Assembly: GCF_030028105.1 (NCBI RefSeq)
Contig: NC_092379.1
Coordinates: 25,723,821-25,787,820 of the forward strand
Reading direction: 5' to 3'
Length of the DNA: 64,000 nucleotides
Origin: Mobula birostris
Lineage: Eukaryota
This document shows, in pieces, positions 50,394 to 62,960 of the stretch. Under the pieces are notes generated by a model that saw nothing but the letters and a program-made list of their open reading frames with translations, ran no database searches and had not been told where the DNA came from. Position 1 is the stretch's first letter. The number at the start of each line of letters is the position of its first letter. The position numbers were made by a program, and so were the translations under genes.

Positions 50394-52359
50394 GCATGTA
50401 TTCAAAGTAGTGTCATGTGTGAGAGGGCAGCCATTTATTCACAATATATTCTGTTTATTCTCTCGAGACGGAGAATAAAATTTATCCATGATCTTTCTTT
50501 TTTCATGAGTAAACGAAACAGAATGCCAACAAGGATCATCATTTTCATCTTTCAAACCACAAACCACGTTGAGAGTGTTGTCAGAACGAGCAATAATATT
50601 TGCTGCCCTGGAAAAGATTTTTTTTTTTTAAACGGCTTCTTTGGAATTTTCAACATAGTCTCTCCAGCCCTGTCACCATATTTTGCATTACGCTTTTGAC
50701 AGCTGTTCAGAGACAATGTCCTCTGTCCTTGTCTCTAACTCTGCCAGATTGCTCGCCATCCTGCCAACCCGAAATACAGCAGTGGATCTTCAAATATATC
50801 TGTTCTCTAGTTTTTCCAATGGACTGTGGCCGCATGGCGCCGTTACCCCTGTGGATAAGTAAAAACATTGTTAAATTTATTTTCCAGAAAGATTTCCCCT
50901 AATACGTTCAGAGTTCCCCACTATTTTAATTGTTCCCTCCCCAATTACACTTCCTCACACCAATCAGACCTGAACCTGAATCATGACCGTACTCACCTTG
51001 AACAGGAATATACTTCATGGCGTAAATTTTGACTTGTTAGCTACTTCAAATTAAATACCTCTAATTCTCTACAGGCAGCTCATCCAGCAGAATCAATTCG
51101 TAATCGTTTTATTGTCAGTATGTGTACAGTACCAGAATCTATTGTGCTTCGGTACCAGGCGTAAGACATAGAAAAATAGCATTGCAATCAACACAGTAAT
51201 AACTGAAATTTTACAGGACACAACTGTAAACATCCATGAGCAATCAATAATTAGCATAATCTTTAGTAAGAAAACTTAAATAACGCGTTTTCAATGGAAC
51301 AAGTCTTGCACTACAAATATTTAACGTCTGATGTGCAGAGATAATTTTGATATTACAACACTGTGACCTTTGTTGATAACTGGATAGCTAGTTGAAATAA
51401 GCTCCGGAAACGTCCTGTTTCCGGTTAGGGACTTGATGGACTGGTTGTGTCGACCAGATGGAAATTAGATGAAACGATGAAATCTAGTGTGTGTGAAGTA
51501 AACAGGAATGTTTTGCTGTCCTTTAAAATGTTAACAGCGTTCTGGCAGCAACGGCATATTAGTATGTAGGAAGTAGCATTACATCTATTCAATTGAGAAA
51601 GGAACTACAACTGCTGTTTCCGATCTTTCAAATATTTATCTTTAAGTCAGTTATTTAACATTTGTTGGCTTGATTCCATGCTCAGTCAGTAACAATCCTG
51701 GACTTTCGGCGCTTCTATGTGCAGTGATTCAACAGTACTGCGAGATCGTGACCGACTGTGTTATTGCATGTTTTACTAATTCATATCCATTACTTTGCAC
51801 CTGAAGCACTCAAGTTGAACGGGAAAAAAATCACCAGCTAGGCGGACCACACGAAGGGTGAAAAACAAATCTGCTCCTCAGGTGTGCAAGTGTCTGTGTG
51901 TCTGTGCGTGAGAGTTTGAGTAACTGAAGCTCCCAAAACTGAATGCAAATAAACAAGAAAAAAAAAGACGACGGGATATTCTAGAAGTATCAAAACTTCC
52001 AAGCAATCAGACAGAAATAATGAGAAGTCGAGAGTCTGACAGGTTGAGAGATAAATTATCTCAGTTTGAAAGATAGAGATACACCGATAGAAAGACAGAT
52101 AGATAATGGTAGAGAGAGAGAATCAAAAGGAGAACGATAAAGTAAGAGGGATAGTGTGAGAGTTAGCGTGAAGAGGGAGAAAGAGTGAAGGGGTAGTCTA
52201 GCAAACGATGTTACCAAACAACACTGTTATATAATGTGTTTTCCATTAGAATTTCCAATGAGTAATTAGCCAATCATGCGCTAGAGAAGCTCCCAGTTAG
52301 ATGTAAAATATGCTGTTTCCTCTGATCTGTATTTATCACACACATTACACACGGTGGTT

Positions 52360-53190
52360 CCGATGGGATGGACACTCTTGTCGGGCACATTCCCATTCCT
52401 AGCTTTTACTTGGAAAACTGGTAAGTTTGGCATCTGACTCTCCACTACTTAAGGCGTAGCCGCCCAGCGGTGATTGAGATTATGCTTGCCAGGTAGCCCC
52501 GAACTCTTTACGAGGACTCGATCACTGGAAATTAATTGGGAGGACCTACTATTTTGGTTATATCCCCTCTTATTTCATTGATTCTACTTGGTATCCGGAA
52601 CTCAGCTCGTTCATAACTCTTTTTCAGCTGCCTCCTCATACCAGGCACATATTTCAGTTTGTCGATATCCAAGTTTTCGAGCGTGTACAGCAAGGCTGGA
52701 AAGGATTTCTCCGGCTGGGAATGACACTGCGGGTGATACGTCGTAGCCCGCGTCTTCTCGACTCCAGGCATGATCAGTAACTCATGTATGACTTCGCCTT
52801 CGAATTCTCGTCTCTGACCGCTATATACCCGCATAGGGAGTCTATAGTAAATGGAAAATTTCACCATAAAAATTTGAACAATGTGGATGCCCTCTGATGT
52901 CCATCTGCATGTGCACATGGAACTTACTGTAGATCCCCAAACTAAAATGCTTGAATGGTGCTGAGCTTCGGAGTCTGCCTTGGAATGGGTCTGTCGGATA
53001 CAAGTCTCACGACCCAGGTCTGTACAGCAAAGCCATGTATCAAAGGCAGAGAGCGACTTCCATAGGCAAAGAAACAATTCCCGTTGACGTTGGAAGTGAT
53101 ATCGGATGCCCGTCAACTTTGGCAGGGCTTGCCAGCCATCACATCGTACAAATGAAAACCCAACGTCATGTATACTAGCCATGCATCAGT
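52360..53190 (-). mobile_element. Gypsy LTR-retrotransposon pol fragments (integrase and post-integrase region), deleted
   Basis: ORF 52532-53182 REFEGEVIHELLIMPGVEKTRATTYHPQ (integrase) and RWAATP.VVESQMPNLPVF near 52400-52480. 51361-52350 may be its LTR but was not resolved. Confidence 0.7.
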
Positions 53191-53234
53191 ATCAGACCAG
53201 TCCAACGTATTTATGTTAGCTTTGAATAAACTAA

Positions 53235-54420
53235 CGCTATGAGGATCCTTGCAGCAATCGGTGATCCTATAATCTGTTTCTCCTAGGCCCAGTTAATGCT
53301 CTAATGAAAGACTTCGAACGTTGCATGTAGACAAGGCCCTTGCAGCACCTAGTAAGACACTGATAATCTCCGATAGACAACTGCCGGAAGTATTTCAAAA
53401 CGTTTTGAATCGTTCACTGTTCTGGCAGTATTGCCCACGCGCTTCAAAAGAGCAACAATTCTACGAGTGCTCCAGAAGTGCAGCAAGAGCTTCCTGAACG
53501 ACTATCGCCTTGTAGAACGCCTTGAGATGTTTTGAAAGGTTGGTCATGACCTTTCAACACATGTATCGGTTGGAACATGGAGTCACATCAATTTACCACT
53601 TGTGACACGAAGTCAATAGCAGACACGATCTCATTGAGCCTCTACGCAACCTGTCATCACTTGCACAAGCTAAATGCCTGTGACAGTAGCTGCTTACTGA
53701 CTATAGCTCAGCATTTAGCACGATTATTGCTACAGTGCTGATTAAACAAAGATACAGAGCATAGTCCTCTATGACTCTTTCTGAAATTGCATCCTCGATT
53801 TTCGTACTGAAGAGTACAATCTAATCCGTTTAGAGATAACATATCCACATGCTGACAATCAACGCTGGCACACCACCGGGAAGTGTAGTCTGCTCAGAGA
53901 TATACTCCCCCTACACCTATGACTATGTGGCTACTCAGAGCCCATATACCATACATAAAGTTGCTGATGATACAATAATTATTGGCATGTCAGATACAGA
54001 CGAAAGAACGTACATGAGGGAGATATACCTATGACCTGAGTGGAGTCGCAGAAGCAAAATTGCACTCAAGATCACTAAGACAAATAGCTAATTGTGTACT
54101 TCAGAGAGGGTAAGATGAGGGAACATAAAACTAATCTCCATAGAGAGATCAGAAATGGAGAGAGTGAGCAATGACAAGTACATGGGTGTGAATATCACTG
54201 AGGACCTAACCTGAATGCACTATATTCATGTAGCTACACCGAAGTCAAGAAAGCATCTATAGTTCTTGAGTAATCGGAGGAAGTTTCGTTTGTCAACTAA
54301 ACATTCGAAAACGTCTACAAATATGTCCTGGCAAGCATACTGCATGGCCGAATATCCGTCTGGAATGGGATGTAGCAACTGCATATTCCATCTCAGGTCA
54401 ATATGAAACAGGTTCAACTC
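53235..54420 (+). mobile_element. Rex1/Babar LINE RT fragment, decayed
   Basis: LNDYRLV, DYSSAFSTI, LTINAGTPPG..YTYDYVA..HKVADDT. Confidence 0.8.
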
Positions 54421-54894
54421 AATCTATGGGATGTATTACCACGCATTAAACAGCACATCATAATGCCTTCCGCAACATTTTGTCGGATTTTAACGTAGTC
54501 AACTTGGCAAGCATTAAATAATTGTCATATACGTCATCTGTCGTACCAGGGGGAAAAGCACATTGAACGACTGTTACAGTACATTAAGAACAAGCGTGCA
54601 TAATTTCTCTTCCACACCCTCACTTTGGTAAGTCAGATAATTGTGTTGCATTTCCACTTCCTGTTCATTGGTAGACACTGAAGGCTACAACACCACTGAT
54701 GGGCATGGAAAAGATATGGACCAGTCGGGCTTAGGGGAGATTTTAGGTTTTTCTTTCAGTCGGTGGACCGTACTGTGCACAGAAAAATCTGTATTAGAAA
54801 ATAAGCAATGAATTGAAGAGGGCCATTTCAAGAGTTCAGAAACAATTCTGGGAGATGTTGAGGCAAAATCAGATGCATCTCAACTCCGGCATGG

Positions 54895-57800
54895 TTTGCT
54901 GTCCATCTCCTCCGACAAAGCAATACGCCAGATCATGAACGGTAGTGATGCTTCACTATCAGACCACCTAAACTTTTTTTATGCTGGCTTTGAAAGGGAG
55001 AAAAAAATCAATACCATGAGGATCCTTGCAGCATCCAATGTTCCATTAATCTCTGTTTCAGAAGCCGACGTCAGACTGAATTTCAAGAGCGTGAATCCTT
55101 GCGAGGCAGCAGGGCCCTAAGCAGTACCTGTTAAAGCTCAGAAATCACGTGTCAATCAACTAACAGGGTCATTAACGGACATTTTGAAACTCTCACTGCT
55201 ACGGCCGGAAGTGCCCACCTGTTTCAAAATGGTTATCATACCAGTTCCTAAGAAGATCAGTGTGCTCTAATGACTATAGCACTGAGAACTGACATCTACG
55301 TTGACGACATGCTTTGAGAATTTGACCATGGTTCAAATCACACCGGTGTCGGGGAGAACCTGGAGTCACCATAAATCCTACATTACTCTTGAAAAAGCTA
55401 CAGAACTTAGTCTTCCGCTCCTCCCTCTGCAATTGGACATAAGAATTCCTAACCAAAAACTACGATCGATGCTAATTGGAAATAAAATCTCGACCTCGCT
55501 GTCAATTAACACTGGTGCATCACAGAGATGTGTGCTCAGCTCACTAATCTACACTCTCTATGCTCCTGACTGCGTGGCCGCAACCGTTCAAATGTCCTCT
55601 AAAAAACTGCTAATGGGAGAATCATTGTTGGTAGAATTTCAGATACCGACGAAAGGGGATGGCATGTGCCAGTTAATGGAAAGTAGTCTCAACAACAATC
55701 TTGCAATCAAAATCATCAGGTCCAAGGAGTTAATTGCGGATTTCAGAAAGAGTGAGAAGAGGTAACAAAATCTAATCCTCACAGAAGGATTAGAAGTGGA
55801 GAGAGTAAACAATTTCAAGATCCTGGACGTCAGTAGCTGTGATGACCTATCCTGGACGCAACTATAGAAAAAAAAAAACATAGCAGCAGTTATATTTCAT
55901 TAGGAATAGGAGGAGTTTGGTTTTATGAAATGATGAACTTGGAACCATCCACAAAGAAAATCCCGCAGAATTGTCATATGGTGGGCGTTGGGAGCTGACC
56001 CAAATACAAGACACAGACACTGAAGAACTAGGAACAGGACACGACTGGAGAGTAGAGTTAGGGACGTGAACGGATGCATACTAGGAGCTCGGACAAAAAA
56101 ATACAGCCATGGCCTAAGGTATTGGCTAGGCAAGCGGGAACAGGACATGGGACTGGGAACTAGGAGCATGGGCTTGGACTCAGAGCCAGAGACTTCACAA
56201 AGACCCAGACTCTGGGACTTGACTAGGGCTCGGACTCCGGAACTAGAGGCGAGGACATGACGTGGCTACAGGACTGGACATGGCTTGGGTTCCTCGAGCG
56301 AGGAGATAACGAGGCTTGGCCTCTTCGAGGACAGGACATGACGAGGCCTGGGTCTTCAAGGTGAGGACATGACGAGGCTTCAGTTCGGACTCCGAGCCAA
56401 ACAATGGACAAGGACCAAGAACCTGGGTCTCAGCTCGGGCTCGGACTCCGATACTACATGAAGACATCACGTGATCATGGGAGACAGGACTAAGCGAGGC
56501 TAAAGGACAGAACGAGAGACTCCTGGGCAAGACGAGGGAAGTCCAGTACAGGACCAAGTACATGGACAGGACAAGGCTCATGGACAGGGCGACAACACGA
56601 AGTCTTGACTTGGTACTCAGGAACAGCCAGACTTTGGACTTGGGATGACAGGAACCTCGGAACCTTGGACTTGGGACGATAGGAACGCAGGACACAGTGC
56701 CTTGGACTTGCAGAGGGTAGGGACACAGAAGCTGGTTGTAGAATACGAGAACACGGAGCCTTGGACTTGAGAGACAGGAATATAGGGGCATGGAACACAG
56801 AGCTGAGACCTTTCCTTGGGAACAGGACTTAGGGCCGGGACTTGTACACAGAACACAGAGCCAGGGCCCCTCATTGGGAACAGGACTAGGGGCTGGGGCT
56901 CTACACAGAACGCTGAATACGACGAGACGGTTCTCAACACTAGTTAGCCGGAAACGGCTGGACCTACCTAGCGAAGGCCTGGAAACGGACAGTTCCAACT
57001 CAAAGATAGACAGTTCCTTGTCTCGACACAGCAGGATTGCGGTCACATTCCGGTGGTAGAACTTGCCAAAGTTGCAGGCAAGCCTATAGACACAGATTGC
57101 AGGCAAGGCTTCAGATGGACGGGGAAGGGAAGGGAACAGTCCGGCCTCAGGGTAACGGCAGAAACAGTCTGGCTTACCCAACGGAGGCAAGGATAGGAAA
57201 GGACAGATCCAACCGTAGGGTAACGGGAAATACGACCTGACTTACCCCATGGAGGCGAGGAGGGGATACTGACAAGACGAACCAGAAACCACATTTGAAC
57301 CCGGGGCCAGTTATATTCCCAGCCCCAAGACGAGCATTAGGTGCCTATTACTAAGTCCAAATGATTCAAGGGACAGCCTGAAGACCTGGAAACCGGAGTC
57401 CACGGACCGAACCGTGAATCGGAATGTGGAATTCACGGACCGGACCATGACAGGAACATTCTTTACGTTGTATCTGTGTCTGGTATGGGGCACAGGGTCA
57501 CTGCACAAGAGCGAAGTAATATTTAGAAACTTGTCAAATTAATCTACTCCATCATATGTACCAGTCCTCGTAGTATCCAAGACGCGGTGCGTTCCAAAGA
57601 CGGCCGGGCATTATGAAGAATTCAGACCACTCAGAACATGCCCTCCTTGCATTGTTACTGTCGATAAAAAGACACAGTCTTAGCGATTCATGATCAGCTT
57701 CTTCCCTACACCATCCGATTTATAAATTACATTGAAATCACGACGTTTTTTTCCACCACTTATTTTAACTATTTAAAAGACGTATATATATTTTTCACTA

Positions 57801-57910
57801 TTTTTTTTCTGCATATTTATTGAACACGGATGCCATTTTACTGCTGCGGTAGGTTAACAAATTTCACGACACATGTCAATGATATCAAACTTGATTATGA
57901 TTACTACTGA
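54895..57910 (+). mobile_element. Rex1/Babar LINE (second copy) split by a solo-LTR-like insertion
   Basis: RT remnant INTGASQRCVLSSLIYTLY at 55301-55765; the C-terminal region resumes at 57453 and ends in a GATTATGATTAC tail near 57900. Confidence 0.72.
55972..57452 (-). mobile_element. Solo-LTR-like element (1481 bp) with internal tandem sub-repeats
   Basis: Inverted termini TGTCAT...ATGACA, imperfect flanks AGAAT/GGAAC, internal GGACATGACG and CTTGGACTTG repeats. The host Rex1 continues on both sides. Confidence 0.65.
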
Positions 57911-60449
57911 GGACGTAGATTCCTCCCTTAGATATGTTGTTATAGAAATCAGGTGTGAGAAATTCTGAGCTGCAGTCTGGTCTGACGAATATATGGTCAG
58001 TGCTGCACGTATTTCTATGGCTTGGAGTTTCAGTGTAACTCCTAATTTCCAAAAAAATCACATCGTGCCCGATTTTGGCAAGACTCTTAACAGTTTGAGT
58101 GCAAGATATCACAAGTGAGACCTACTCTATTAGAACAAGCACCTCCCAAAATATCATCTAATCGTGTAAGACATCACAAATTAGTTCCCTCCGTGAATCC
58201 AGCGTTCATTCAAATTACTGCAATCCTGGTTGTGCGAAAACGAAAACATGCTGCATTCATTTTGAGGCACAATTTCGAGGATTAATAGAAACTTCTCTGT
58301 TTTAATCGCACTTATGCAATATGATGAAATTTACCTGTGTATGCAGTCGATAAGCATTCGACCTGTAAATCAATATTACAGGAATTAAAATAAGGCAGGG
58401 AATTTGCAAGATGCCGGACAATCAACTTTCATTCTCTCAGCCACACTTGAGTTCAAATATGAATGAAACAAGAGCGACACATATATAAATTGGCTGTTAA
58501 ATTGATTTACTATTAGCGTTTCTAACGCCTTGACTTTGAGTCCCATTTTATTTTATTTAAAGATTGTATTCCGAAGTGCATTGGTTAAGCAAGCCTGGGA
58601 TTTTTACAACTGGCACGTGGATTCATTTCCATTGCATTTTATAAGAATTTACGCCATTGAACTTCGCAAGGAGGGCATTTACAGCATGGATTATTTATTT
58701 ATTTATTTTCCCGAGAGGAGTTCTGTATGTCCATTGCACTCGTACAAGGATGACGGATTGCAGAGCGCTCTTCAGATATATAGGATAACTAGGAAATGAA
58801 TTACCCTCCGCTGACCGCAACGTAAACAAATCTAGACAGGTCTATAACCAATTTGCGCGGCGCTGTAATCAGCCTCTGCTCTAAAGGTTAGGGTAGAATG
58901 AAACTAAAACCTGCCTGTAGGTATAAAAAAATGCCATAACTCTTTAAAAATGGAGAGCTGTGAGCGGAATAGTGTACTATAGAGCTGACAGATGTTCGGC
59001 AGCGCATACCCATAGCTGGCGCTGGGCAGTACAGAAAACAAACCACTTGTGGTTCACAACTGACTAGGAGGACAGGCACCGGGTATCATGAAACCAAGGA
59101 AAACTATGCAACCAACGTTCAACGTAACTCACCAACAGCGCAGGCATCGACCACGATAGGTATTTTTTCTGGGGAAGTCGATTTTAAATCATACCCCTGA
59201 AGCAGTTACGAGAAGAAAGACATAATAGAAGGAAACACATTAGCAATGCTTGAATGGCCAAACGGAATGTAAAGCTATGGGGAACGCATTCATGGAAAAA
59301 AACTTCATCAAAACTTTCTACAATAATACCATTTCCTGTAAGTAAATACACAACGAGCAACAGTTTAACGTAGTTAAAATAAAATAAAATAATTTATTTC
59401 CTGTCGACATAACCCAAATAATACACGAAGTTGTACAGAGAAGGAAAGAAATCGACCTAAAAAGCACAATAATTCTATACAAGTAAATATTGACATGCCA
59501 CACTCAGAAGCTTTAAGTTAAATAGAATTATTTCAACAATTGCTCCACAGCCTTACACTAATTCCTCTGTAGAATGCTAATGATAGAATTCCGTTTACGA
59601 CAATTTTTTTCTCATTTGTGACGTCATCCTAAGATAATATATAGACACTGGACCAACCATAGACCTTACACAATAAAACAAAACAGCATCGTAATTTGCA
59701 ATAGATATTATTTCAAACAACGCTGTACATTACAACAATGTTTAAAAAGTAAAATATTTGAAGAAAAAAAAAACACACACACAATATACTGCTCAGCATT
59801 AACGATAGTGAAGTACAATGTCTCCTATTAACAGAAACCCCAATCTGGTGAATGAAATGAGAAAACTGTAATAGAAGAAGAAAGAAACATAGCAAAACAA
59901 GCAAGAAAAGTACTGGCTAATATTGGACAATATTTATAATTATTCGTATAAACGATTCAGTTCTCTTCATCCTTACCTATCAACTCGTATCAATTCCTGA
60001 AAAAAGTCTCCAATTTTGCAGAGTATAAAATATACCTCTAGCCTAAAGATGGACTCACAAATAACCCATCTAAACATCATCCTTTGCGTTTTGTCTGCAA
60101 TTATAATGTCATGCATTCTTAAAATTCTCTTCCTCTCACTACAATAACCAGAATAAATTTACCGAGCAGGAAGAAAGGCGCAACTGTATGAAATGATGTA
60201 ACAAAAACATATAAGAAATTCTGTAATTTTATATCAAGTTTGTTGGAAATGCTAAACTATTACATATCACTACACTGCCCTTGCCGCTCTGAAAGTAGGG
60301 GTATGTTCCATGGAGTTGCTCACTGACATTGGATATCATTTATTTCTGTATTGATTATGTATTATATTTTTTTTCTGGGTGGTGCTGACATTTAACTTTA
60401 GGTGTTTCTATGTCTTATCAGAATTGCGGATGCTCGAATGTACTATTGA

Positions 60450-61200
60450 ATCGCAATTGTGTTGAGGGAAATATTTCTTCAGATTTGTTTTTTTTTCTCA
60501 GAGTTGTCTATTTTTAAATGGATGATATTCTTCTATGTTTTCTGTCATAGGTATCTAAAGGCATTCTCTTGCCCAGGGATTCTTTTTTTATATATATATT
60601 ATTATTTCTATTCTTATTTTTCTCTGTAAGATTTCCAGATCGGTTTTAACTATCATGGGTCTATTGAAATAATTTATCCCCTAGGTTATAGGCTTTCTTT
60701 TACGTTGAAGTAAATTTTGTTTGATTTTTCTCTCAATCGCACTACAATATATTTCAAATACTTAATAACTTTCATATTTATCTGTCGTTTGCATTTTATT
60801 TCGCTGCTCTGTTTTATATTCCACTAACTCTATTCCATATTTTATGGTTAATGTTCTACATTTGCTTAGTCGGAAGGGTATGTTCATATCTTTTAATAGT
60901 AGTTCTATTACTTGAAGCAATTGCCTAAGCTTTACTGAGGAAGGAGCGTATAATTGCGGGTCGTGCATGTATAGAATATGTGTGAACGTATAATTCATTT
61001 TCGTGATCCTCATAAGCTACTCTATTTTCGTCCGATTCAGTGCATGTGAGAACGGTTTTAAAGTGACTTAAATCCTTTTTTTGCTTAGATATTCACTATG
61101 AAATCTGACCTGGTTTATTTTGATAACGAAGGATTTACTTTACTTGATTGTTAATAGATCTTACGTGAATGCTTCATTAGATGTTGTAGGAATTTCACTG
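60450..61200 (-). mobile_element. R4-clade-like (Rex6/Dong type) non-LTR RT fragment, decayed
   Basis: ORF 60762-61013 THILYMHDPQLYAPS..LLKDMNIPFRLSKCRTLTIKYG matches the SHLLYMDDLKLYAK..DI.M.FGL.KC pattern; KTDLEILQRKIR remnant downstream. Confidence 0.62.
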
Positions 61201-62273
61201 TTATTTTGTGTAGTTTATGCATCTTAAGATCTTCTATTTACCGTGATTATCGGAATGACTCAAATGTTTTCCGGTGGACAATATAACAACAAGAAAGTGT
61301 TCTGCTTCTCCGCCGGGATTAGAATTACTTAAACTGTAGATTTGGTGTCTATACCTCAGGAAGGATGTGTTTTGCTATTTAAAACATTGCAGTAATTTTG
61401 TGTATTATTGCGAAGACATTGTTTAATTTTGCATACTTAGCTGTTTACACAACGCATTGAAATTAGCTGTAAATGTGCATAAATGCCATACATCATCACG
61501 CCAAGTGGCCCGTGCCTTGCTCGGTTGAAATAAAATAAAAGGGAAGTTAAAATCACATTTCTGTCTTCTGATGTTTCCCATAAATTAGGTTAGTATTTTG
61601 AAGCTACAAACGTGGCAGAATTCAACTTTAAAAACACTGACGAATGCCACAGCTGGGACAATAACAGTTGTGGTATTTTGTGAGAGTTTAGAATGTATTA
61701 GTTAACAGAGTTGCCTTCATAAAAGCTCAAAAAGAGGGAGTTTAATGTGTAGATGCGCGGACGAGGTATTCGTAGTCAACCAGATAACAAAGCTTTTATT
61801 TCAGTTTTGTAAAGAAGCAGAGTTTCTGCCCACTTTCTTCAGTGCTTTCCTCGGAAAGCACTTCGCATATGATTCCCAACAAGGGCTTTGTACGTTGTTC
61901 GACCAGTTCAATTTGCTCTCCTTTGTAACTTAATTTGTCCAATTAATGCACTGGCATTTATTTTCCGCTGCAAACCCCACTGCGCATGCACAGATATCCT
62001 GACATTTATGCAACGATATTTGCTCAGTATTTTTGCTATTGTCAGCAGTATATCTGTGTCTCGTAGGAAATAATATTACATAATTAACTGCAGCCCCATT
62101 GCAGCGAGGTGTCGATTATGTATCATTGTTTAAAAGCTTAATTTCCATTCATTTTTGACTCAGTGTTCTATTTATTTTTTTATTGTCAGAAGTCAAGAAA
62201 TTCTGTTTTTACTATTGTTTGCGGCAAGCAGTTTATGGACATTAGATATTGAAAAGAGTCAAATAATATTGTT

Positions 62274-62665
62274 ATGACAATGCTTATGTTTTGAATTCTT
62301 GTTGCAATGGCACTCCATTTTACAGGTTTTTTTAATCCCTGATAAACCGGGTAACTCACTCCATTTTGTCGACGAACGCAATTTTATTAATAAGAATGCA
62401 TTCATTACATACATGTGCCTTTATGGCCAACTTTCCTCTGTTCAGTTGAATCAGAATTGACAGGTTTCAAGCTGCTAAACTGCAACGTAACATTTGAGTA
62501 ACTTGCATTTGAAAAGTAAATACATAATTCAGACTAAACCAGGTAAGCAGCTGCAGATAAGTGAGTATTTATGGCTCCCTGTCTCCTGATTTAAAATTCC
62601 GGACTTTCCATTCGCTTCAATCAACGTATGCTTTCACGCTGATAGAACAATTGTTGTCCGATTCA
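62274..62665 (+). pseudogene. Candidate decayed TRAV-like relic (leader, intron, partial V; no YYC or RSS)
   Basis: Leader-like MTMLMF*ILVAMALHFT-G|GT (62274-62325). 89 bp later (G)GT GCC TTT = GAF, then LNCNVT, QTKPGKQLQ, PDF(S)IRF and FTLIEQLLSDS at near-V spacing, with several frameshifts. Confidence 0.38.
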
Positions 62666-62744
62666 GATGAAAACAGAAACGAGAAAATGACATATTAAAT
62701 GAGCAAGTAACATACGAAACTCAATTTTGGAGGTTATCTCAACG

Positions 62745-62960
62745 GTGAAAATGCTGGAGAAACTCAATGGGATAACGAACATCTTTGGAGAGAAAGGGTC
62801 CCGAGACCCTTCATTAGCACAGTAATGCAAGGGGAAAGAACGCAGACTAATACGGACTGGATTGAAGGAGGAGCATTTTATTGGGTAAATCTCGGTGAGT
62901 GGCGGACAGGGTGGTGGTGGTGGGAAATAAGGTACAATATCAGCCGTTTTGATGTAATAT
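62745..62960 (-). mobile_element. Degenerate Penelope-type fragment
   Basis: Minus strand CTAATGAAGGGTCTCGGGACCCT...GAGTTTCTCCAGCATTTT resembles the element at 20712-21009 (ANEGSRDP versus PDEGSRPE). Confidence 0.55.

Larger units (their letters stand above)
37855..51360 (+). repeat. Tandem segmental duplication, unit 2 (about 13.5 kb)
   Basis: Start TTTCGG matches 24114 and end ATATTACAACA (51360) matches 37848. The junction is the 6 nt 37849-37854. Confidence 0.95.

Noticed and set aside
56260-56800. Short interspersed direct repeats as a CRISPR-like array
   Set aside because: Eukaryotic context, irregular degenerate units and no constant repeat-spacer period.
56243-57190. 315-aa minus-strand ORF and overlapping ORFs
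   Set aside because: Low-complexity S/P/L/V/C translation of the repetitive solo-LTR-like element; no domain motifs.
57481-57520. J-like motif WGTG (TGG GGC ACA GGG)
   Set aside because: No upstream 12-RSS, no T.LTV ending or splice donor; it lies in the resumed Rex1 coding region.
57885-58112. Minus-strand ORF with V-like words (TQT..G.DV, HIF, RPD.SSEFL, PDF)
   Set aside because: No conserved Cys or Trp, wrong spacing, and no leader or RSS; likely a chance resemblance.
62818-62856. CACAGTA as a possible RSS for the 62274 relic
   Set aside because: No nonamer at 12 or 23 nt, and it lies inside the Penelope-type fragment.
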